From the NCBI GenBank assembly GCA_026770705.1, contig JANJGN010000014.1:114762001-114826000 (forward strand): a stretch of 64,000 nt of DNA. The letters run 5' to 3'. The notes below the pieces were generated by a model that was not told the origin of the DNA, did no database searches, and saw nothing but the letters and a program-made list of their open reading frames with translations. Made by a program: the position numbers and the translations under genes. Source of the DNA: Isurus oxyrinchus (Eukaryota). This document shows positions 36,146 to 49,300 of the stretch, piece after piece; position 1 is the first letter of the stretch; every line of letters starts with the position of its first letter.

Positions 36146-39100
36146 ACGAACATACAATGTAGGAGCCGGAGCAAGCTATTCGGTCTCTCGAGTCTGCTCC
36201 ATCATTTGATAAGATAATGGCTGATCTGATTGTGGGCTCAATTCTACTTTCCTCTCTACCTCCTATAACCATTGACTGCCCTGTTAATCAAGAATCTATC
36301 TAACTCAGCCTTAAAATTATTCAACAACGAAGCCTCTACTGGGGAAGAGGATTCCACACACTAACAAACCTCTTGAGAAAAAAATTCTCATCTTAATCTT
36401 AAATGGGAGACGCCTCATTCCTAAACTATGTCCCCTTGTTCTAGTATCTCTTGTAAGGGAAAACATCGTCTCAGCATCCACTTTGTCAAGTCCCCTCAGG
36501 ATTTTATGTTTCAATAAGATCACCTCCCATTCTTCTAAACTCCAATGGATACAGGCCCAACCTGTACAACATTTCCTCATAGGATAACTTCTTTATCCCA
36601 GGAATCAGTCATGTGAACCTTCTCTGAACTGCTTCTAAGTAAGTAAGGTGACCAAAACTGTACACGTACTTCAGGTGCGGTCTCAACAATGCCCTGTACA
36701 ACTGTAACAAAACTTCCCTACTTTTATACTTTATTCCCCTTGCAATAAACAACACTATTCCATTTGCCTTCCTAATCACTTGCTGTACCTGCATACCAAC
36801 TTTTTGTGATTCATGTACCAGGACATCCAGATCCTTCTGTACTGCAGAGCACTACAATCTCTCTCCATTTAAATAATATATTGTTTTTGTATTCTTCCTG
36901 CAAAAGTGGCCACGTTCACATTTTTGCACATTATACATCATCTGCCAATTTTTTTCCCATTCACTTAGCCTATCTGTATCCCTTTGCAGACTCCCTATTT
37001 CCTCTTCATAACCTACTGTCCTACCTATTTTTGTGCCATTAGCAAATTTAGCAAGCAAACATTCCATGCCTTCATCCAAGTCATTGATATAGATTGTAAA
37101 TAGTTGAGACTTCAGCACTGTTCCCTGTGGCACCCCACTACTTACAGCTTGCCAATCTGAAACTAACTCATTTATCCCTTCTCTCTGCTTTCTGTTAACT
37201 AGCCAATCCTCTCCATGCTAAAAGATAACCCCTACACCATGAGCTCTTATTTTGTATAGTAACCTTGATGTGGCACTTTATCAAATGCCATTTGGAAATC
37301 CAAGTACACCACATCTACAGGTTCCCCTTTAAGAATGTTGCATGGTACACCCTCAAAGAACTCTAATAAATTAGTCCAACACGATTTCTCTCTCACAACA
37401 TCATGTCAACTCTGCCTGATTGCATTAAGATTTTCTAAGTGCCCTGCTATAACCCCCTTAATAATAGATTTGAGCTTTTCCCCCATGCCAGATGTGAGGT
37501 TAACTGGTCTGTAGTTTCCAGCTTCCTATCTCCCTCCTTTCCTGAATAGAAGAGTTACACTCGCTATTTTCTAATGGGATGGGGCCTTTCCAGAATCTAG
37601 GGAATTTTAGAAAATTACAATCAAAGATTCTACTAGTTTTGCAGCCACTTCTTTTAAGACCCTAGGATGCAGCACATCAGGTCCTGGAGGCTTGTCAGAA
37701 TTTAGTTCTGATAGCTTTTTCAGTACCTTTTCCCTAGCAATTGTGACTGTTTTGGGTTTCTCCCTCCCTTTCATTTCTTGATTCACAATTATTTCTTGGA
37801 TATTATTTGTGTCTTCTACGGTGAAGACAGACAAAATATCTGTTCAATGCTTTTGCCATTTCTTTATTTCCCATTAATAATTTCTCATTTTCACCCTCTA
37901 AAGGACAATTCTTCCTTTAATTACTCTTTTCCTTCTTAAATATTTGTGGAAAGTATCTGTTTATACATTTCTAACTAGCTTTTTCTCATATTCTAATTTC
38001 TCCCTCCATTTTTTTTGAGTCAGTCTTTGCTGGTTTTTAAATTCTGTCCAATCTTCAGACCTACCATTAACCTTTGCAAAATTCTACGCTTTTTCTTTCA
38101 ATTTGATGCTATCTTTAACTTCCTTGGCTAGCCATTGATCATTCATTCTTCTCCTACAGTCTTACTTTCTCACTCAAAGGTCTTAACTTGGCAGTGTTAT
38201 GAAATACCTCCTTAAATGTCTGCCACTGCATCCCTACTGTCCTATTCTTTAACCTAATTTCCCACTTCACTTTAGCCAGCTCTGTCTTCATACCCTTGTA
38301 ATTATCTTTAATTTTAAAACACTAGTCTTAGACTCACTTCTCACCCTCAAACGGAATGGGAAATTCAATCATGTTATAATCACTGCTACCTAGAGACTCC
38401 TTCACCATGAGATTTTTAATTAACCTTGTCTCATTGTACATTATACAGATTCAGAATAGCCTGATCTCTGGTTGGTTCTAGAATGTGCTGCTCTAAGAAA
38501 CTGTCCCGAAAACTCTATGAACTCATCTTCCAGGCAACCTTTGCCAATCTGATTCATTCAATCTACATGTAGATTTAAATCACCCATGCTTATTGCAATA
38601 TCTTTTTTACAAGCCCCCGTTATTTATTCCAGTATACTCCATCCTGCAGTGCATTACCGTTAGGGGACCTACAAACTGCTCCCACAAGTGACTTCTTACC
38701 TTTACTATTTCTTATCTCTGCCCATACTGATTCCACATCTTGGGCTGAATAATATGGGGCCACGGATTGCACGTGCCCCTGGAAACCATGTCAGTGGAGC
38801 TGACATGCCTCATGCCAACCTGCTCTGCAGCCATAAAGCGCTGTGGGGTATACTAATGGGGGCCAAGTGGGACTTCTCCAGCAGCACCAGGAAGGCATTA
38901 GTAGCTGGTGTCAGGACTGCTGAAGAAGAAAGGGCCCCAAAGCCTTGGCTCCCCAGAGCAGGTAAGTCCAGGCTCTTGGATGAGGAGGATTTGGCTAAGT
39001 TAGGGAGGGGACAGTGGCAGAAGGGGGGTGGGGTTAAGGGAAGAGGCGGGTAGGAAGGTGGGTAGCTTATACTAAGTGGGCTGCTTCGTGATCAGCAAAA

Positions 39101-39555
39101 GACAATCCTTGAAGAGCGACCCCCTCCCTTCTTTACTGCCCTTCAAGCATTAAGGTAAAAAAATCGGGCTTCCAGCTCCTACCCTGCTGCACACGCCAAA
39201 AGTTTTGTGGTGTGGACAGTGTATTATCAGGGTAAATTGGCTGGATAACAAGCCTGATTGACCTTTAATTCTTCATTTAAATATGGATGGCGGGCTGCCG
39301 ATTTTGGCACCTGATTGCCCCCCATTTTATGGGGGTAAGCTCGGGGATGGGTGGGAAAGTGGTGCGATCAGTGCCCACCCCATTTCACATGTCTACCCCC
39401 ACGGGAGACATGCCCACTGGTGGCATGTAAAATTCAGCTGCCTGACTTTTAGAACTAAGGTCATCTCTCCCTACTGCATTCATGTCAATAACAGAGCTAC
39501 CCCACCATCTTTTTCCAACTGCCTGTCCTTCCAAAATGTCATAACGGATGGAATA
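36146..39555 (-). mobile_element. CR1 LINE (endonuclease to 3' end), decayed, with MITE insertion
   Basis: ORFs 36317-36580, 36609-36794, 36852-37133 (PQGTVL..LFTIYINDLDE...KFANGT) and 37607-37834 (PGPDVLHPRVLKE). Confidence 0.9.
38742..39440. mobile_element. Harbinger-type non-autonomous element inside CR1
   Basis: GC-rich block with ends gggctgaataatatg / catgtaaaattcagctg; CR1 sequence resumes on both sides. Confidence 0.7.
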
Positions 39556-42500
39556 TGGTAAATAAGGTTGGGGAGTTCCAGGCGCAGGTTGCCATGTGGA
39601 AATATGATGTTGTAGCAATAACAGAGACCTGGTTCCAAGAAGAGCAGAACTGGGTATTAAATATTCCCGGGTACAAGGTGTTGAGAAGAGATAGGAGAGG
39701 AAGGAAAGGTGAAGGGGTGCCGGTATTAGTTAAGGAGAACACTGCAGTGCTGGAAAAATAGGATATCCCAGAGGGTTCAAACTCAGAATCAATATGGCTA
39801 GAGCTAAGGAACAAAAAGGGTGCAATTACATTGCTCGGCGTAGTCTATAGATTGCCAAACAATGATAAGGGTGTAGAAGAACAAATCTGCAGGGAAATTA
39901 CAGAGAGATGCAAGCACTGTAGAGTAGTTATAATGGGGTACTTTAATTACTCGAATGTAGACTGGGACAGCAGTAGTGTAAAGGGCGGAGAGGGGCAAAA
40001 GTTCCTAGAGTATGTTCAGAATTTTCTACGGCAATACGTGTCCAATCCAACAAGAAAAGGTGCACATTTGGACCTGGTTCTTGAAAATGATGTAGGCCAA
40101 ATAAATCAAGTGTCAGTGGGGAAACATTTAGGAGACAGTGATCATCGTATTGTACATTTCAGGATAGTGATAGAAAAGGACGATCTAGAGAAAGAATAAT
40201 TAACTGGGTAAGAGCCGACTTTGATGGGGCAAGATCGGAGCTGGGCCAGATGGACTGGAAGGAAAGATTGGCAGGAAAAACTGTAGCTGAACAATGGACT
40301 ACCTTAAAAAAAATTGGTATGTGCAGTCAAGGTATATTCTATTGAAAGGGAAAGGTAGAGCAAACAAATCCAGAGCTCCTTGGATGAAAAAGGTGATTGA
40401 AATTAAGATAAAAAAGAAAAAGTGTGCTTATGACAGGTATCAGGCAGAAAATACAATTGAGAACTAAGAGGAATACAGAAGGTTCAGAGGGGAGGTGAAA
40501 AAGCATACTAGAAAAGCAAAGATGGATTATGAGAAAAGACTGGCAGCCAACATAAAGGGGAATCTCAAAGTCTTCTATAGACACATAAAAAGTAAAAGGG
40601 TAGTAAAAGGAGGAGTAGGGCCGATTAGGGACTTAAAAGGGAATTTACACATGGACGAAGGGGCTTGGCTGAGGTACTAAGTAAATACTTTGCATCTGTC
40701 TTTACCAAGGAGGTAGATACTACCCAGGCCATTGTGACAGACAAGGAAACTCTGTCACTAGAAGGATTCAAAATTGACAAGGAGGAAGTGTTGAATAGAC
40801 CGTCGGTACTTAAAGTTGACAAGGTACCGGGACCGAATGAGATGCATCCAAGCACATTGAAGGAAGTGAGAGTAGAAATTGCAGGGGCACTGGCTTTAAT
40901 CTTTCAGTCTTCCCTAGATTCAGGGGTGGTGCCAAATGACTGGAGAATTGCAAACATTAAGCCCTTGTTCAAAAAAAGCTGTAAGGATAAGTCCAGCAAT
41001 TACAGGCCAGTCAGTTTAACTTCAGTGTTGGGCAAGATTCTAGAAAAAATTATACAGGATAGAATTAGTAGTCAAATGGAAAAATATGGGTTGATAAGGA
41101 AGAGACAGCATGGGGATTTCTAAAGGGGAAATCGTGTTTAACTAACTTGCTGGAGTTTTTTGAAGAGGTAACAGAAAAGGTTGTTGAGGGTAATGCTGTT
41201 GATGTGGTGTACATGGTCTTTCAAAAGGCATTTTACACAGTGCCACACAACAGACTTGTGAGAAAAATTATTGCTTATGGAATAAAAAGGACAGTAGCAA
41301 CGTGGATACAAACTTGGCTGAACAATAGGAAGCAGAGAGTAACGGTCAACGGATATTTTTCGGGCTGGAGAAAATTTTGTAGTGGAGTTCCCCAGGAGTC
41401 ATGTCATGAAGAGATATTAATGTCTATAATGTTATTGGAAATTATTTTTAAATTGGAACTGTAGTAGGATGTGTGTCTATTGGATTAGAGCCAGCTAGTC
41501 TGGGTGCTTTGATGTATAGTAGTTTGAGGTGTTAATTGGATAAACCTAAGGAGGAGAAGGTAAAGTGTAAATTGGCATTTGTTGAATAAACCATTCAAAA
41601 ATATGGGTAAAATCTTGCACCCGGCTGGGAGATGCCAAGCAATGTGTTTATATTACTAATAAAATTGGTGGAATTAAAGAATTATTGTTAGGAGAGATAC
41701 AATTTTTTAAAAACCTAGTAATGCAATGGAAAATTTACATTCAAAGGAGACGCCAGGCATAAACAGAAAGGAGTTTGTGTGTGTAAATCAGAGGATATTT
41801 AAGATATTGCCAGCCTGTAAGCCTACAACTGTGCTTGCAAAGGAACCACGTTGAAAGGAATGTCATATTGAATTCGTAAGGTTAAATGTGCTTTCCCTGG
41901 TGTCTATTTAAAGTCTATGAGTTACTGTTGCCTTGGTGAAGATTTACCTGGGAGTGATTAATTTGGAGATTTGTTTAAAAGTTATTATGGTAGTATGTTG
42001 TAGACATGTGTATGTGTTTAATTTGTTGTTAGACTAATAAATGTTTAATTTAGTTTTATATAAGAATCTTTCAAGGCTCGGTAGTCTCATTCTTGAATTC
42101 AGAGCTGCATTTCAAACATACCAATTGAAAATAAAGGTTATGACAGTTGTTCACGTTTCCTTCTGGGATTTAAACAAATCAGCATTTACCAACAGCTGTG
42201 TCATAACAGGTCGGTGTTGGGACCCTTGTTTTTCCTGTTATATATTAATGATCTAGATCTTGGTGTGCAGGGGACAATTTCAAAGTTTGCGGATGATACA
42301 AAGCTTGGGAGTGTTGTGAACTACGAGGATGACAGTGTGGAACTTCAAGAGGACGTAGACAAGTTAGTGGAGTGGGCAGATAGGTGGCAGATGAAGGTCA
42401 ATGCAGAGAAATGTGAGGTGATGCATTTTGGTAGGAAGAACATGGATAGATGCCTCAGTTGGAATATTGTGTACAGTTCTGGGTGCCACATTGTAGGGAG

Positions 42501-43007
42501 CACGTGAACACACTAGAGAGGGTGCAGAAGAGTTTTACAAGAGTAGTTCCAGGGATGAGCAACGTTAGCTATGAAGATTGATTGGAGAGATTGGGATCGT
42601 TCTCCTTGGAGAGGAGAATGCTAAAAGGATATTTGATACAGATGTTCAAAATCATGAGGGGGCTGGACTGAGTAGATAGGGAGAAGCTTTTCCTGCTCAT
42701 AAAACGATCATGAACGGGAGGGCACGGACTTAAAGTTATTTGCAACAGTAGCAAATATGACATGAGAAAATCTTTTTCACACAACAAGTGGTTCGGGTCT
42801 GGAATGCACAGCCTGGAAGTGTAGTGGAGGCAGGTTCAATCAAGGCATTCAAGAGGGCATTAGATGATTATTTGAATGGAAACATTGTGCAAAGGTACGA
42901 GGAAAAGGCAGGGCAATGACATGAAGTCATAATGTTCATTTGGAGAGCCGGTGCAGACATGATGGGCTGAGTGGCCTCCTTCTGTGCTGTTAAAATTCTG
43001 AATTCTG
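39556..43007 (+). mobile_element. CR1 LINE, near-complete ORF2 pseudogene, with solo LTR insertion
   Basis: APE motifs DVVAITETW, GVVYRLPN and LGDSDH; RT motifs NYRPVSLTS, SGVPQ..LGP and KFADDTKL; 3' end aattctgaattctgt. Confidence 0.95.
41402..42208 (+). mobile_element. Solo LTR (807 bp)
   Basis: TGTCATGA...TCATAACA termini, AATAAA at about 42035, and an imperfect 5-bp TSD agtca/ggtcg. It splits the CR1 motif GVPQ|GSVLGP. Confidence 0.85.
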
Positions 43008-44628
43008 TCATGTACCCTTGAATGTTCAAGTCCCAGCCTTGGTCAACTTGCAGTCATATCTCTGTCATGGCTATCAAGTCATGCATATTTATTTTTATTT
43101 ATTTCTATTTGAGCTGTCAATTCTACCTTTTGATATCTGAATCTAGCTATTGCATAGTTATTTCTCACCATGTAAAATATTTGGCACTTATAATGTTAAG
43201 TAATTGGCAATCACTCCTAGATATCAGTATGGCAGTTGACATTAACCCCCACCTTACCTTACTTTAAATTGCATTGTTCTTTTGCACATTCTTCTAAATT
43301 CGCCCTTTCCTACCTGTTTCCTCCCTTAAACCCACCCCCTTTCCCCTGCTGCCCTCTTCCTAACTTACCCAAACGCTCCTGGTTTAAAAGGCATTATCTC
43401 CAATGTGACTGCCTCTTATGCCTGTTATGTGCTGGATACCTTTTTAACGAGCAAAAGGCATTTTCCATTCCTTTTGTGTCTTCTTTATTCATCAATTGTC
43501 CAATGTGTACGCTCCATAGCTGGAATGATACATTTTGGGCGGAATCGTCTGAGCCTGCTGGCGTGAGCCAACAATATGGTGAGAAGGCCAAAAATCGGTT
43601 TCATGACGCCTTGAAACCAGTTTGCAATCGTTCGCTCAGTCCGTCGATGGCAGGCAGCGTTTCCCACCATCAGATGTCAGAAACCTCATTATAATACAAC
43701 AGCGTATCATTATAAGGCTAGTCCGCTGGATTCATCCCCAGCCCACTGGATCGTCTGTCCACGCCAATGTGTTTCACAACAGCATACATAATGCATGCAC
43801 TTGGTGGGCTGCACTTTGCGGGGAACTCAGAGGTGGAGTGCACAGTAATGTTGAGGAGTGCTCGAGAGGGATGCCTGCTGGACTTCAAGGATGAGGTGTG
43901 TTGGGGCGGGGATGCAATGTGGTTGAGGTGACTTGGGGGGTGGGGGGCCAAAGATTGCCCTGCGGTTGAAGGTAATGGACAAGCACATGCGGGGTGGGAG
44001 GGCACGGGTGAGGGAAGTGGCCATGCATTAGGGACACCTTGTACAAAGTGGCCATTCCCCTGTAGCTGAGGCAGTTCAGGTGCAGCAACATTGATACGAT
44101 TGGAGTCAAGCCTCTAGCTTATCTGCCCACTCAAGCAACACAGATGCATCGAAGTGCCACCAAGTGCTACAAAGCTTTTTACCCCTTTGGGCACAGGCTG
44201 CAAGCTAATGAACGTTTTAGCGCACTGCAGAACAGTTGGATGACTGAGCATGTTTAGCAATCTCCTTGCTAAAACTGGCCATGGGGCAATAACTGGTGGA
44301 GGTGCTCACAGCCCCTTGCACTGTCATCATCCCGGTTTGGACAAGTCTCCCGCATGGTTCAAGCTAACAGTCCAGCTTTGCAGCGCGGGTTAGGAGAATG
44401 CCTGTGCCTGAGCTGAGAGCAACGGGCAAAGCTGCCACCAATTGGTCAGGTGGAGTGGGGTGGAAGAAGGTGGGATTTCGGGCAGCCATACAGCGCACTA
44501 ATCTCGAGCCATCCAGCACTCATTGGGAAGGGTTAAGGGACCTTCAGACTTAACCAAGAGAGGTTCTTAGTACACCCTTGCTTATCCACACCTCTCTTTT
44601 TCACCCTGCAGGAGTAGTACATCAGGAT

Positions 44629-45465
44629 CATAGAGCCTGATGAACTAGCTGTATGCCTCTTGGCATACAGAGAGCAAAAACAACAGAGAAGAGAGAGACT
44701 GAGGCACCTGGCTGCGCAGAGGAAGGAGCAGCTCTCTCTGGAAGAAGGAGCGGTTGGGGCTCCTGCAATGCTGCCAAAGAGCCACAGCAAGCCATTACTG
44801 GTCGGTGTCTAGCTAGACCCAGGATCGATAGTTGCTGCCTTTCATTCCTGAAGATGACCAAGAACCAGTGTCACTGAAGACTGCACACGTCTAGGGAACT
44901 GGTGGATCTGCCAGCCACTGCAGGATTTGGCGCTATGCGGACATAGAGGGCATCCACTGCCTGTGGCCATGAAAGTGACAGTGGCACTCAATTTCTACGC
45001 CAGTGGCTCCTTTCAGGGCTCCACAGGTGACCTCTGTGGGATGCCACAAGTCTCCACCCACAACTGCATCTGTGAGGTCACAGATGCCACCTTTGTGAGG
45101 ACACACAAATTTGTGCATTTCACCCAGGACCAGGAGAGCCAGGATGCAAGGACAATTGGATTTGACCAGACCTTGGATTTCCCACAGTTCAGGGTGCCAT
45201 CAACTGCAGTCACGTGGCGCTCAAATCTCCGTTGCAACAGGCAGTCAACTATGTCAACTGCAAGAGCTTTCATTTGCTGAATATGCAACCTCCACAAACA
45301 CAGCCTGCAGGTCTGTGCACGGTTTCCAGGGAGTGTGCATGACTCCTCCATTCTCAGTTGGTCACAGATCCCTGATGTCTTCCAGGGTGCACAGAGGCTG
45401 CAGGGATGGCTCCTCAGGGACAAGGGCTACCCATAGAGGGGGTTGTACATAGACCCCCAAACTGT
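44629..45465 (+). pseudogene. HARBI1-like DDE transposase, frameshifted and 3'-truncated
   Basis: KVTVALNFYASGSFQGSTGDLCG, GFPTVQGAINCSHVALK, YVNCKSFH, RFPGSVHDS and WLLRDKGYP; preceded by acceptor ctctttttcaccctgcag (about 44610). Confidence 0.9.
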
Positions 45466-45469
45466 AGTG

Positions 45470-45990
45470 GTGATGTTGAGAATGGCATTAAACAGGAAAT
45501 CAGAGACGCATGAAATAAAGGAACATCTGTAATTATGGGTGACTTTAATATGCATATAGAGTGGGCAAATCAATTAGTAACAATACCGCAGAGGAGGAAT
45601 TCCTGGAGTGTATACGGGATGTTTTTCTGGACCAACACATTGAGGAACCAATGAGAGAACAGGCCATCCTCGACGGGGTATTGTGTAATGAGAAAGGAAT
45701 AATTGGCAATCTAGTTGTGCGAAGTCCCTTGGGGATGAGCGACCATAATATGATAGAATTCTTCATCAAGATGGAGGGTGATGTAGTTGATTTTGAGACT
45801 AGGGTCCTGAATCTTAATAAAGGAAACTACAATGGTGTGAGGCGTGAGTTGGCTATGATGGATTGGGAAACGTTACTTAAAGGGATGACAGTGGATAGGC
45901 AATGACAAACATTCAAAGAGCGCATGGGTGAACTGCAACAATTGCTTATTTCTGTTTGGCGCAAAAGTAGGAAAGGTGGCCAAACCATGG
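45470..45990 (+). mobile_element. Internal CR1 fragment within the Harbinger element
   Basis: ORF 45561-45905: EEEFLECIRD.FLDQHIEEP...LGMSDHNMIEF. Confidence 0.85.
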
Positions 45991-46310
45991 GTGAGTGAGA
46001 GCCCTGTGGATGTGTGATAGGTTTGTGAGTGTGTGAGTTGAGAGTGATGAGAAGAGTGACTTACCCTGGTGGAATGATGGAGAACATTGATTCTCTCGTG
46101 CCACTGGGTGGCTGTCCTCTTTTGCAGGGTGTTGGCGCTGATCACCGCTGCCACCACCTCCAAAGCCGGACTAGTGACGTTGCTGCCCATCCTGCAGCCA
46201 GAGCGGGGGTAGAGGCCATCCCGGCGAGCCTCCACTGCGTCCGCAAGGCACTCAAGGGACATGTCATTGAATCTGCAGGCTGCAGTTTTCTTGCCTTTCA
46301 GGGCCATGTC
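45990..46310 (-). pseudogene. Harbinger Myb/SANT gene exon 1 and start of intron
   Basis: MALKGKKTAACRFNDMSLECLADAVEARRDGLYPRSG...ALEVVAAVISANTLQKRTATQWHERINVLHHSTR followed by a perfect donor AGG|GTAAGT (about 46064). Confidence 0.88.
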
Positions 46311-49300
46311 TTCTTTGCAGCAGCTGTGGGCTGGAAGCACTGAGAGGTATGCATGCAGCTGCACTTTAAATATGGCACCTGGCATGATGAAGCGAGATGA
46401 TGGCATGGCGGGCGAACCAGAGTCCCAGGAATGCATAATTAGTGCAGCAGATTTGGTATGATATGACGTGAAAAGCCCCCAGTGTGGCCAGTGGGTAAAA
46501 TGTTGCTTTCTCTGCACGCTACTGCACTTTGTGCAAATCTGGGACGATTACGCCCTTTGTCTTTATTTGTAAAATACATCTAATAATGCTAATAGGAGAT
46601 TCACAATTATTATTGCAGACTTTTCTTCCTGACTAGCTGTCAATTGTGCATTATTTGCCGCCTCTCTGATCTCCAAGAAAGTGCATGGATCTGTGTATTC
46701 TTGCAAATAAGCATTATTAAATAAATAATGAGGAGAAAAAATACTCTCAACACAATCAATGCACTATAGGTAAATTAAACACTTTTTGGAAAAGGGAGTC
46801 AGTGCTTAGTTTTTATTATACATCCCAAGAGAGCCCCATTTAAGACAATGCAATACCTTTTCTTGGGTATCCAAAGGGAGTGCCAAAATTGCATCTGCGG
46901 TATTGTGAATAATGGTGAAAAAATGCCAATCATTGCTCCAACAATCTCTCCCACAAGTAAGTTTGATCATGATGAACAATTCTAGTACCAAATTACTGAG
47001 GTAGAATATCAGTAACTTTCTAAAAGTTTGGGAATCACAATTAAGCAATGAACTTAGTATGTAGAATGTGCATACTGTAAGGCCTCTTTAAGGTAATATT
47101 TTAAGCTAACTTCAATTTTTTTGATTAAAAAGAATGCCAAAAAGCCAGCACAGTTTCTTAAGAATGTGTGTATGTTTTGTGGGAAATAAAACAAAACCCC
47201 TGCAAATTATCCCAGCTCGGTCAAAGTGGAAGACAAAGTCATGGGTTAGCATCCACATAGTGGAATTTATGTTTCACTACTGAAGTGTAGGGAAAGAATA
47301 CTGGTCAACAATTTCTTGGAATTTTGATCCATATTAATAGCACATCAACACTGTGTACCATTATTCCAGTGTAGAGGTTCCAACAAATAAAAGCGTGAGT
47401 TATGCAATTATTTATGCTGCGCCATAAGTTCGTGGAATGTCTGTGCCACTCTAATAATTCCATTGCCAAAACCAAGAAAAGTTCATCATCATACCTCCAT
47501 TCACTATTGCAGTTAATGATGATTGTGATTTTCCTGGATTGACTAACTCAGAACATTCACAACATACTGTCCATTCTAAACAGAATCTCAGCTGGCATCA
47601 CAAAGTGGTTCTGGCAGCAATAACGAATCTTTTACTTTCTTTTGTAGTGAGTTGGTCAAAAGACCTCTCCGATAAGCCTATTTAAGACTCCAAACAGGAA
47701 AGGAAAGACAGCTCCATGTGTTCAAATATACTGAATTATACATCTTGGCATGGATGTTCGAATGGAATGGAACTGGATAAATAACAGGTATAATTGAATT
47801 CTAATCAATTCATACTCAAGTCGAAATGCTGGCATTGATCAAGGGCAGAATAGTCATTTAGCAAAATGAACATCAATAATGTTCTTCAATTGGCCTCAAA
47901 GAATGATGCTTCTATTAAGTTGATCTAAAACAAATAGAACTGGTCTTTTTGTTATGTAGGACATTTCTTGGTCATTTCAAAACCTAGTATTCAAAGTCTA
48001 GTGCAAGAAAGCCCATTTTTTTCTCACTAAAAGTGTCTTCCTTTCTTTCATAGACCACATATTTTATAAAAGGATCAATGTAATAGAAATAACCATCAGT
48101 AGCCACTGAGAATGCCCATCTAATGACATTAGTACCCAGAACAGCACTTTTGAACCGGGTGTGGATATCTGAATGATAAGCTCAGTAACAACATTAAGAC
48201 AACTGTTGCAATTGCTTGATAAATGTGGATGGGCATCAGAAATATGTCAAACTAATTGATGGTTTCTGGAAAGCGACTTTTATTAAAGCGCATGAAATGT
48301 CACATTGAAACTCTAATGCTAGAAATTATCTCAAGAATTATTGCTTTTCAATTCTCCCAATCAATGATATCAAGAACTTGTGGAGAATTGGTATAAAAAG
48401 AGTGTTTAAAGGACAGCATTTTATTTCCCAATATTATTTGCCTCTTCTTTCAATTCAGAATAATATATTATGATGTTTGAATGACATCCATGTGATATCC
48501 AGAGTTCACACGTCACTATCATCTTTATTAACCTTCCATTTGCATCACAGTCTATTATCCTGAAAAAAAGTCAATAATTAACTCATACACAACCAATCAC
48601 AAATAATAAAAATAAGTTGAAGGCAGTATTTCATGATTCATAATGTTTTGAGATACACTTGATTGAACTGCTACCTTGTAATGGGCTACCAGCCATCTAT
48701 TAGCCAATATGCTATATATGAAGGAAAGACATAACCTAGTGAAAGACAGCCCAATATTTCTCACTAAAACTTTCTTCCTGTCTTTCAAATGGACCACAAA
48801 TATTATTTCCCAGTAGAACTCCCTTGTCAGTGTCCTAATCTTGTCAAGATTTGCTCTTCCTGTCACATGATTCTAAGTCATAAAGGCCATAAGGTTGAAT
48901 TTAGAAACAAGTGCCTATGGTAATGGCAGATCTGAGGTCCAAAAAAAAATGCTTTGAATTAGTAAATTAATAGAGGAATGCATCAAATATAGAATAAAAA
49001 TAGCTAGAAATGTGTTCAGGAGTGTGATGCATCATAAAATTTGGAGTTCATAAACTACTTGAATTTTATTCACACATTTTAAGGTATCATCAGCTTAGTA
49101 ATAAATACCAAGCAATCTGTTTATTCACTACATATTTCTGAAAAAAAAGATTAATCTTGAAGCAGTTAGTTTCTTTTCTGTATCATAATTTACCAAGCAT
49201 CCAACTCAAATCTTATAGCTGTGTAAATGGCAAAATATAAAATGATACAATACGGGTCTTGATTTCTTTCCGTGTAGCCCAACCAATTATATTTTCAATC

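Larger units (their letters stand above)
43537..46555. mobile_element. Harbinger transposon with both TIRs and convergent transposase and Myb genes
   Basis: TIRs GGGCGGAATCGTC / GACGATTACGCCC and TSD TTT. Confidence 0.92.

Noticed and set aside
44629-45465. Domesticated HARBI1 gene
   Set aside because: Frameshifted, truncated and enclosed by TIRs and a TSD.
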